A stretch of DNA of 62,097 bases, counting the filler, from Choristocarpus tenellus KU-1152 (Eukaryota; Protista; Phaeophyceae), in assembly GCA_964200185.2 (NCBI GenBank). It is 9 parts of 9 records of this genome, joined end to end, with 100 filler letters (N's around TTAATTAATTAA, not from the genome) between each part and the next. Parts side by side here need not be neighbours in the genome. Positions count along the whole stretch, not along the records: positions 51,264 to 62,097 come from CAXNAD020002683.1; 8 more parts are not named here. The stretch is one strand, 5' to 3'. The notes under the pieces are model-generated. The model searched no databases. It was not told where the DNA came from and saw nothing but the letters and a program-made list of their open reading frames with translations. The position numbers and the translations under genes were made by a program. This document shows positions 51,330-62,097 of the stretch, one piece after another. Every line of letters begins with the position of its first letter. Position 1 is the first letter of the stretch.

Positions 51330-51763
51330 GAACCGTGTACACACGAGCTGTCAATAGTGGTATCGCCAACATTTTCAAATTTGATGCCCCTTTATTTATT
51401 ACCATTAGAACCGTGTGCACTCCACCTGTCAGCAGTGGTGTCACCAACAATTTCAGATTCGATGCCACTTTATTTCCTACCATAAGAACCGTGTGCACGC
51501 CAGCTGTCAATAGTGGTATCACCAACATTTTCAAATGTGATGCCCTTTATTTCTTACCATTAGAACCGTGCACACACCACCTGTCAATGGTGGTATCGCC
51601 AACAATTTGAATTTGTATGCCCTTGTTTTTATCACCATTAGAACCGTGTACACACCAGCTGTCAGCAATGGTATCACCAACATTTTCAAATCCGATGCCC
51701 CTGTATTTATCATCATTAGAACCGTATACACACCAGCTGTCAACAATGGTATCTCAAACATTT
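51330..51763. repeat. 78-bp minisatellite, about 5.6 diverged copies
   Basis: AGAACCGT recurs at 51329, 51407, 51485, 51562, 51640 and 51718. Confidence 0.95.
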
Positions 51764-52432
51764 CTCTTCTCCATCTTTTCCACTAAGGTTCCTATCAATT
51801 CACCAAGGCCTGCGATGGATACGTTGTCTTCTTTCCAGCCGTTAATTATTCCCTGAACCCTACTACCTAGCTTCCCCCTGCTTCTCAATACTATATACAC
51901 CATCTCATGCTTTGTCCAAGTGTTGACAAACGAGGGTTGATCTTGTCCTCCATCAAATCTTGGAGTAACATATCCTGAAGTCCACGCCCGATGCAATTAA
52001 GCACAACACCAACCCTAAGCCCACCCCAAACACGTGCCATGAACTCGACGAATGGCCTGGATCGCCACCCCCACACATTGACACTAACCATAATCTTACA
52101 CTAACACTTATACTGAGCCCATCTGCATCCCGGGGCAACCTAAAATAGACAAGCATCTTACCTGAATTACGTACCAATGACGCCATCGACCCTAATTACG
52201 TCAAACCAACCCTAGCTCATCAGGATTTATTCAACCCACTAACCCTAACCCCGAATCAAGGGAAGTATATCTTAAGATACTTCCAGCGAAACATACGATA
52301 ATAGACCTTGACCAATAACCCTTTGTGAACACATCCAGAATCCGTCGACACATGATATCAAAGAAACACTACACTAACCTGAAAGCAAATCCTGAACATT
52401 TTCCCTTCCTTCATGCCAACAACTATAACCCT

Positions 52433-52612
52433 GACCCAAAGCATCTGGGGGGGGGGGGGAGGTCAACACCAGGGTGTCAATTTGGACCATAACTAGGAAA
52501 AGTGCACTCACATTATCCATCCGACATATGCAACCCAACCACACAAAAATCGCTACATGAAAAAATTGGCCCCAAATGGACGCCCGCCACCCCCTCCCAG
52601 ATACTTTGGGTC
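52433..52612 (+). mobile_element. MITE family B
   Basis: TIRs plus internal similarity to 46383-46559; TSD approximately CCCT. Confidence 0.85.
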
Positions 52613-53547
52613 CCTAACACTCTGACCAACAACCCTATCTGTGTACACACCAAATCCGACATATGCAAGCAAATAAACGAAATACTAAACTTAATACAGT
52701 CTTTGGGATATTTTTTTTGCTCACGAATTCTGGATTATTATTATTTGCTCATTCCTAGTTTGCCATTCCTCTATTCTCTATTCCCCATTTGATGGCCAAC
52801 CAGTGCGAATGCCCTTCGTCACTGATTGCTAGCCATCCTTTCAAGCCACACAAGTTACCACTCCCCTCAACCCCACAGCAGCTCTCACACCACTCAACAC
52901 CACTCCACAATTATCCAAGAGCACCCCTTCATGATCCACTTTCAAACCGTGCCTTTGAGCTAGAAGACATCTACCCCGCCGGAACTTGACCTCCCCTTCC
53001 CCCCCCTTTCCCAGCGTTTCCGTCGTTCGTGAGCAAGCGACAGGGTGGGTGGGTGGGAGAAGCTTGCTCGGAGGTTGCCTTGGTCTCTCCCCTCCTCGTC
53101 TTGTACCCCTGGTTTTCTTTCCTTTTATCACTGACTGGTTGCTGTCCTTCCCATTATCTACCACTCATTTCCATTAACCATTTCGTCCCTTCCTTAACTA
53201 TTCATTCTCTTCCTGCTTCCTTCTTTTTCTTTCCCCTACCCACGCTTGTCCTGTGCCCCCAACCAACCAGAATTCTTCCGCCCACAAAACTCAGATTACT
53301 TCATAAACTCTCACTTTTTAGTTCCTCGTGCACGGACCAGGAAAACAGGCCCTAACTGGCAGTCCTCTTTGTGTACATACCAGACACGACTCCTGCAAGC
53401 AAATAAACGAAAAAACTAACCTCGAAACAGTCCATGGTCTTTTTTTCAATTCCTCGTTCTAACACTGGGATAACACACCCTAACCAACAGCCCTCTTTGT
53501 GTGCTAACCAAATCCCACTCATGCAACCAAAACAAACCAATAACTAA

Positions 53548-53725
53548 GACCCAAAGTATCTGTGTGTGGAGGAGGGTCTGCACTAGGGTGTCCATTTGGC
53601 CCATAACCAGGAAAGATGCACTTACATTATCCATCCGACATATGCAACCGAATCACCCCAAAATCGCAAGATGAAAAAATCGGCCCCAAATGGACAGCCA
53701 CCGCCCCCTCCCAGATACTTTGAGC
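53548..53725 (+). mobile_element. MITE family B, TSD CTAA
   Basis: TIRs plus internal similarity. Confidence 0.88.
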
Positions 53726-53905
53726 CTAACCCTGAAACAACCAGTGACATATCTCTCATTGTTCATCCTAACTATACAACCAACATACACCAACCAATAA
53801 GCCTATTTGAACACATTCGAAATCCGACACATGCAAACGTCGAAATTCCTAACCAAGCCCAAATAAATGGCGGCACATATTCCCATTCCTCGTGCGTACG
53901 CAAGG

Positions 53906-54163
53906 GAGTGAAAGTATCTTAGAGGGTACGAGTTTTTCCCTGTTTGTCCTTTTAGGGCTTGGCTTCCCACGTTTTTTTAGTGATATTTTCCTAATCCGAA
54001 ATGTTTAGGAGTAGATAAAAGGTATACGTTATGAAAAGGTGTGTCCGAAACATAGATATTGACACTTCCTAACTAACACGATAGCCAAAATTACATACAA
54101 ATCGCAACATTGCATTTTGGCCCCCAAATGGACGCGGCTATACCCTCTGAGATACTTCGGCTC
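53906..54163 (+). mobile_element. MITE family A, TSD AAGG
   Basis: AAGG|GAG...CTC|AAGG. Confidence 0.92.
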
Positions 54164-56768
54164 AAGGACAGAAGGGAACCTAACCAAAAGTCTTATTTTT
54201 TTGCCCATATTTCAAATCCGACACGTGCAAAACCAAATCACACCAAAATGTGAAAATCGAAAAAAGGATCAAAAACGGACGCCGGCACCCCCCCCAGGTA
54301 TTTTGACCCTCTTGAAATGCAAAATGGGCCAAACTTGCCTACGTCTCAATTACCTCGGCTCAAAATGACACAACAATGTCCCTACAATGAAGCTGTGAAT
54401 TGGGGGCAAGGGGCATTAGTGGTCAGGGGTGGGGTGAGGGGTTTAATTTATTTGTGTGTAGAGGTATATCACTTCGAAAGAGCTGGGTTAGCCCTGCCCC
54501 TTGAAATTATATAAGGTTGACATTGGGACATGGGATGTGAAATCATGACGAGTATTGAAACACAGGATTAACAGATCTACTCCATTTTTTTTTTTACATG
54601 CTTGGTTGGTCTCTCTATTCATTCAGAAAAATAAACAAGTCCAAACATAAGAACAAAGATGGTAAGAAAAGAGCTATGTTGTATAGCAAAAAACACCATG
54701 ATTCGCGACACACATGATGACACACAACAAACACTACAGAACCAATGCCAAGGGGGTCTCTCCCTAGGAATCTCTGTGAGTCATGTCTTTCCTTTTGAAT
54801 CCTGTTGCATGTGTTCTTATTTTGTACTACTACCAGCTAGTAGTGTCCGAGAACATTCCTCTCCTTCTCGTACAGGGCGATGATGCCTAGTTAAACGATT
54901 TCCATGTTGTTATCAGTCTGTGTAACAGGACAAGTTATTAGCGTATGTATTGATAGCTGTGCTTTAACTGGCGCGAGCAGCAAATATGCGCACGGATATC
55001 CCCAAATAGGAATGTCCAGCCGTCTTAGTGATACAGTGTAATTATGGACGTTAAAGAATAATAGGAAATATTCACTCCCTCAACTTTGTGTTGTAGTGTA
55101 GAGTAGTCAGTGATTGCTAAAAGTCACTCCTTTCGATCTGTGGGTGTGGAGGCACCTGCAGCGCGGCAGGGACCTCTTTCAGCAACACCAGACTCTTGAA
55201 GAAAAAAATATGATGCATAAATGCTTATTCTTTACTTGGTGTTTCTTCTATATATAGACTATTATTGCTGTTATGTTTGTTGTTTTCTGTTATATTCCTC
55301 TTTTTATCTACATGATAACCTCTCTGCAAAAAGTGAGTTGGCAAAATATATAGCAGAAGCAAAACACCCTTATATGTCCACCAAGCTAAATGGCCATGTA
55401 CGCACGTATGGTGTGTGACAGGTGCTGTGAGGTATGGAGAAAATCCCACGTAAGATCTTCTAAACGTCTCCAAAGGGATGGAAGTCACTGCTTTTTCGTT
55501 TCGTTCCTTTTTTATTGGGAAGAAATACAATATTGCGTGATACATAATGCATACTCTCAACATCATGGCATGTTCTGACCGATAACAAGAGTGACCCATG
55601 ATTCTCCACCTCACAAACGAAAGGTATTATACTTGCACTTATACTTACACTATTGTGTGGAAATATGCTGATAGTGGTCGTTCAGGACAGTTCTCACACA
55701 CGTCAGCGGTATGTATGTGCAACTAAATTTACATGGGAGTGATGCTCGCAAAAAACAGTTCGCGTGTTGATGATTTCGGGACGTAAAAAGTCTCCTCCGG
55801 CTCGTGCGTCTGGAAGTATGTACGTGAAAGTATGACGAAAACCCTATACTGCATATTCTCTGTAGGTATTAGGGGTGACTCTGTGTATATAACGTGGTAG
55901 ATGCTGAGCTGTTAGGAATCTTCACCGCCAACTATCACCTCATGTCTTTGGAATAATTTACTAATAATACTATACAAACGCAATTCAAAATACGAGGCAG
56001 TAGGCGAAATGTCAGGGACAGATTCCTTTTTTGGGATCTCCGACACACGCATTTTGTATAAGACGCGCGGTCATATACAATTGCGCGCGCCAACCACATC
56101 ATTTGAGCTCATCCATACCGACCAGTCCAAAGAAACAATCACACCCATAAGATCCGGATTTGACCAAACAGCCAAAATAGACTCTCAGAACGAAGAACCA
56201 TTCCGATTCTGATAGATCAATTTCTTTGCTGTGATGTTGCTCAGTCATTTTGGAACATCTGTCGTATTCTGAGGGTGTTCTGTTCTGAACTTACTGATCT
56301 GTTCTGAGATTTGAGCCAAGACCTTGAAACTCGGTCTCACCCTCTGAGGTGAAGGAGTTTCATTCCGGTGATTGTGATTGCCCCCTTGAGCAGAGAACTT
56401 GGCACCTTTGACACTTCCACAGAACAATCAATCTTGGAAGCTAATTTTCTAGACAACAATCCTTGAAACTCCTTTAAATAAAATGGCACTGTTAAAGGAG
56501 GGGCTTTTTAGATTCGTGGAATGTCTCCCTCGCCCCTCACCCTGGAGTACAGGACGAAGCTAAGTTAGAGGCACAGGAAGGGAACGGTGTAGGATAACTG
56601 GTAGTAAAATAGCGAATAGATCAATGGTTTTCACATTTATGACAAGTGTTATTTTTTTTCGGTTTTAATTCGGACATGTGCATTGTTTTTGTTGATTGTT
56701 CCCTTGACACATCAGGAAAGTGTTAGAGGGGGTAACAAAGAAATATGAAGGGGACTGAAAAGGAAGGA

Positions 56769-57026
56769 GAGTCAGAGTATCTTAGAGTGTAGAGCCGTGT
56801 CGATTTGGGGACCAAAATCCAATGTTGCGATTTTGATGTAGTTTTGGCTATCGTGTTTGTGAGGAAGTGTCAATATCCTTGTTTGGACATACCTTTTTAT
56901 AACATATTAATTATACCTACTCCGAAACATTTTGGAGTAGGTAAAAAGGCATAAATATCCCATGGGAAGCCAAGCCCCAAACGGACAAACAGGGCAAAAA
57001 TCTTACCCTCTGAGATACTTTCACCT
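56769..57026 (-). mobile_element. MITE family A, TSD AGGA
   Basis: AGGA|GAG...CCT|AGGA. Confidence 0.9.
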
Positions 57027-60000
57027 AGGAAAGAGTCTTAACGATCTCGTATTTGACGAGATGACATTAAATAACACACTACTTGGAGATGGCTAATTGT
57101 GTAGTGAGTATTGTTACACAAATGTCATAGTACTAATAAATAGTGAAGATGATCATGATATTTTCATTGGTTTTCTAGGGTACATCTGTAAAATGTCAGA
57201 GGGCATAATAATAAAAATCATGATATAAAAAATGGACAATGAAAATAATAATAATAATGATAGATAATAATACATTAGAAATCATATTCATAATAATCAT
57301 GGCCATAATCATAATACTATTAATCTTAATCACACTCTAGTAGTATACCAGAAAAAGGGATATGTGGAAAGATCTGAATTCCTGTGGGGAGATCGATCGT
57401 TCATGGTGGGAGTACAGACCAGATTCGAAGGATGAGGTGAGGTGGTATACCTGAACCTAACACACCAGAAAAGCCCTCGCACTTCAAGGACAGTACAAAT
57501 AGTTGTAGTTCAACAGTAGTAGTTGATTCATAGGGTAGAAGAAATGCTCGAGTATCCGTTACTGCCCTCTGACTATGGGTAAGGGAGTCAGGTAGGACGG
57601 AGGTAGTGGAGAAGGTTCAGACTACATGATGTGAGAAAATAATAATAATAGTAAAACTGATATTAGTAGTGATATGGTAAATGGTGAAGGGAGTTCAATC
57701 CTCTAGGTCTAAGGGAGAACCATATTGTTGTATATGCTATGGGACCATTGCGGAATGAATGTAGGAAACGAGGAAAGTGGGAGAAAATTAGAACATCAAT
57801 AGCTGTGGGTAATCGTAGGACGTTGTGATTTTACAATGTGTTTTTGCGTGTGAAGGATTGAAAACAAGAAGAGATAAAGGATGAAAGGGAAGCATCACGT
57901 CTCTCTCAAAAAACAATGGCAAAATATCTCCCTCTCTCTGGGCAGACCTGGTTCTGTGTCACAAAGCCGAGGTCCAAGGTTCGAGCTCTGGCGTGAGTAC
58001 CACTGTTATGGGGCCTGGTTCTATGTGATAGGGGGTGATGAGAACCACCAGAGGTGAGGTCCAGAAAGGAAGTGAGAGATGAGACTGAGGCATGCTGGAT
58101 GTGTTGACAGGCTCAGAGTGCCATATGGATCAATCTCAACTGCGATTGGTTGTGACAGTCGGGCTGGTTTGAATCCACTGTTCATGTCGGGGTTACCAGG
58201 AGTCGGTCGTGCGTCTGACCCAGACCACATCACTTTGACTGATGTCAATCCCAATAGGTGGCGGGCGCAAATGTGTATGACTGCGCGAACTATTCCTCAT
58301 TGGTGTTGTGAGATCCCAACAAAGGGAACCTCTTCCTGACATACACTCCTAACCCTTGTTTTTATGTGAGAGATAGGTGAATGATGGTATGTGAAGTTGC
58401 ATGGTGGTGTTGTCAATTATCTTTCCATTATTCGATATTTTGTGTTGTATTCTATCATTTCGCAGTTCTACCCTTTCAAAACGGGACATCCGCCAGAAAA
58501 CAAATAATGTTTTGAAGGGAGTAGAGTAAGTACCTTTTTTGTACCTTTGTTTGAACTTAGAGGTATTATATATACTGAAGAAGGGAACCATAATCGATTC
58601 TGTACGGATAATTCCTACTCTATATACTGATGAAGAGAACCTCGCTCCCCTTTCACTCGTTGAATCTTTCATTTTTTTTTCCAGGAAGAAGAACCATAAT
58701 CGATTCTGGACGGATAAATTCCTACTCCTTAAAATTTATCGTTTTTGTACGTTTTTAGGTGAGTTGATTGGTCAACAAGTTAGAGGGGGAAGAATTAAGA
58801 GGCATAGATGATACTATGAAAGAGATATAATATATTCAAGACTATATTTATTGACAAATTTGGTGAGGCAACAATTGTGGAATAGGGAAGGAAAAAGATA
58901 CGACAATAGAATGCCAATGCCAACATCGGGGAACATCATCATAATGTTGAGAATATACCGTTTATTCACCAACTAGGTATATATATATATCAGAAGGCAT
59001 TTCATGTTTCTGCAAAGTTGTATCTTACATCTACTCAAAGTGGAATGGTCCAGGTAACATTGTTAGCCGGGAATAGAGTTGAAAACCGTAGACTCTGCCT
59101 TGTTGTGCAGCGCGTAAGCAGCCTCAACTTCAGGAGGTATGCCGTCCAACTTGTTCATTGTTCAGTTCCCTCGCACTGTACGAGCGCAGACCTTCATAGT
59201 TGTCAAGACCAAGACCCAACGGAAGAAATATAGTTGGGGTTCCAACCGGGTGAAGCAGCTAGACAGGTGCATGGACTCGTTGAGATGATCACCTTATGAA
59301 AAGTGACGCTCATCACATAAAGGTTTCCATCGTATATAATGTGGTTGCATATCCTTGATTACAAGCTAGTGTTCCCGCCATGTTTCAAACGGGGAATGCA
59401 AACATTTTGCCAACATGGTTATCTGGATAGGTCTCACGCTATGGACATTCTATCGCCTCGATTTGTTTACATGTTAGTGCCTTGAATTTCTAGATCTCTT
59501 GGAAACTCTCTTACCCTTGTCCTCAATGGTGACCCAGACAAGTCCTTGATGTGTTCAAGTTTTTGGCGATACGATAGTTTTCGTTTTTGACCATACCCAT
59601 CATCGTTAATTTTGTTCGCTTGCGATAGCCGATGGTCATCACTGATATGTTAACAAATTCGTTGCGTAGTGCTGAGAGGGGGCGATATTTGGATACTACG
59701 AAATGAATTGTGTGTCAGTGTTGCCTAACGTCATGTTGCCTATCCTCCATCCTTGTAACTGCTGAGATAGAAGTCCACGAAGTATCCGTCGAATTGATTT
59801 GTGGCAGTGCTGAGTCATGTTATTTTTATTTCCTCCAGAGTCTGTATGCAAGGTTCTAAAGTCGCAGTGTTGCAAGGAAATGACAATTACGACAGTCCTG
59901 TGGATTCAATTATCCTCCTTCGTCTCGTGAACGCCTCTCCGTGATATCTTCCTTGATCTAACACCAACCTTTTTTGCACTCAATCATGCAGCATACAAAA

Positions 60001-60699
60001 TATGAAATTCAACAAGCAAGGCACCAACAATATCCCCGCCACCCTGATGCAAGCCCAAAGCCATGACGCTTGGTCAAAATAATGATTTCGAGTATTACAG
60101 GTATCTTCGACTTGCCCCACTTTCTAGTAAACATTCCCGTCTGGCCCTTCGAATAGTGTGATTTTGTTGCCGATAGTGACCTTATGGGCACCTTGTACAA
60201 ATGAAGACGGAATTCTCCAAAACCCTTTTTTCTTCTGCTCACAAACAACGATGGAGGTATCAGGGTGAAATCTGACACATCTGCGGCAGCATCTGGTGAC
60301 GAGGCTGAACAACATGATAGAATCAAACAGAAATCCGGATCCAAGTTAGCGGAAGGGACAAAGGGAGATGGCAACCTAGCAAAGTGAGAGGATGGAATGA
60401 GTAAGGTTTGTGTATACATGGTACTGAAGGAGAGCACGATCAGCTATGCGTTATAACCTTGTTTTGCTGCACTAGAGTGTGTGGTACTTGGTGTAATGAA
60501 TACCAGGTGATATTAGTTGTTCTGTGGCGAGGACTGCATTGTATCTTTTCCTGCAAATCTGTAGAGGTCTACGTTGTACTCCACCTGTTTCTCTTCCTAT
60601 CCACTTTCAACTGCCACAACTGCCTCACCTCCACAATTCGAACCCCTTGATTGCTCCCTATGAGTTGATTATCAGCTCTCTCGTGTTTTTTGTCCTCTT

Positions 60700-61140
60700 C
60701 ATGGTCATTGTGATACCTTCAATAGCGCTGATAGGAAAGGTTAAACACGATAAAGGGTGAGGCAGAGTAGGGGGGTCAGATGCCTCAATGTGGAGGCACT
60801 ATATATGGTGGGCACTTTGACCCCCTCAATTCCAGTAGGTACAGGTACCTCAATTCCAGATATCTAAATGACAAGTTTATCTCCAGTTATTTGTCTAGCT
60901 CTACCCATTTAGGCTGTCGACAAACTAGAGCTGGAGAAAGAGGCTCTCCAAGGTCACTTGACATGTGGCTTAATAAACCTTCCCTCTCCATGTCTTTGAC
61001 AGCCTGGGACCGACTTGAGCCCCTGGTGGAGGAGTCGGCATCCAGGGGGTTGAAGTGCACTCTTCATAGAGATCTATACCCAAGTATTTTACACTTGTAC
61101 TCCCTGCCCTACACTTTGCATTCTCTGATGTTCTAAGCTG
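60700..61140 (-). mobile_element. Possible LINE RT fragment
   Basis: VKYLGI motif (RT domain 7) only. Confidence 0.3.
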
Positions 61141-62097
61141 TGGGATAGCCGGTGCGCTTGCCCCTTCCCCCCCCCCCCCCCCCCCCCCCAAATTCTGGGA
61201 AAGCCGGTGCCCTTCCCCCCTCCCCCCCCCCCCCGCCTATCAAATTCTGTGGTGCGTGTCTGATCTCCGATCACTCGAAATGCAGTACACGGTTGGCAAT
61301 ACCACTGACGATTGCGTTGCTCACCTCGGCACCTTCCTGCCTCGCCCGCAAACCTGAAACAGAAGTAGCACGGTGCCCCCTTCCTTGCCCGGCGAGGGCA
61401 GTGACGTGGTGAGAAAATGCAATAATTGGAAGGCATTCACAGTGTTATTTTTTTTTGCTAACATGGTATGCGTGTGTGTGCCTGTGTGTGTGTGTGGCGG
61501 TTACATGTTGTGTGTCGTGTAGCCTTTTTTTTTGTATTATTTAATGACCGAGTACGCGCGGGGGGGGGGGGAGGGGGTACTCCATGTTTAACACTTTGAA
61601 TCATTTTCAGTGCATCGGGGAGGTTTCTTTTTCGAATTGGAGTATGTCCATGCGTGAAGAGGTTTCGTCCGAGAAGGTTCTCGGAGCGGTCTATCCGACC
61701 TCTTGTTTCATGGTGTGTGAAGGTGTGCGTAAGATGGGAAAGGTAGAGGCAACTTTATGGGTGGCGGTGGCTCTCTCACTGGTGTGGTGGGGTGTCCAGT
61801 CTCCGTTGTGTTGGTCGTCTCTCACTGCAGCAGCGGCAGTTACACGCACAGACTCTCTCTCTCTCTCTCTCTCTTATCTTGTCTTGTTCACTCGAAGTGC
61901 TTACAACGAAAATTGTAATTGCTTACAACGATTTTTATACGACGAGGTCGATTTTTGAGAATGCCGGCGTGTGGGACGAGCGAGTGCGTTCTTATGAACT
62001 TTTTTTTTTTTTTTTCTGGTAGGTTTGTTTGAAACGATTAGTCAAGTTGCCGGTGCAATTGCGGAAGGGACCCCCCCTCACTTACCACCCCCTTCCC

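Noticed and set aside
51330-51763. CRISPR-like periodicity
   Set aside because: The whole 78-bp unit is repeated with no unique spacers, there are no cas genes, and the context is eukaryotic.
58900-60300. Possible Tc1-like remnant (KHGG on the minus strand ~59375)
   Set aside because: Single short motif; catalytic D/E motifs not found.

Overview
Eukaryotic, TE-dense genomic window. It is probably a stramenopile or brown-alga-like genome, inferred from the myosin N-terminus, RTE LINE motifs and intron style. It consists of 9 contigs joined by eight 100-nt N/TTAATTAATTAA/N spacers. Two spliced genes can be reconstructed: the 5' end of a myosin heavy chain (+, 22159-24786, cut by a gap) and a FAR1/MULE-type WRKY-GCM1 zinc-finger gene with no visible transposase core (-, ~26.5-31.2 kb). 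The rest is mostly decayed mobile DNA: a Ty1/copia element inserted in reverse into a same-family copy, whose LTRs carry tRNA-like A/B boxes; other Copia and Gypsy-like remnants; three plant-mariner-like transposase pseudogenes (two with DD40D spacing); RTE and other LINE fragments; two related Sola-like MITE families with 4-bp TSDs; and several tandem repeats. TE coding sequence shows strong CpG-to-TpG/CpA decay. No rRNA, intact tRNA or CRISPR array was seen. All calls come from reading motifs by eye, without database searches.
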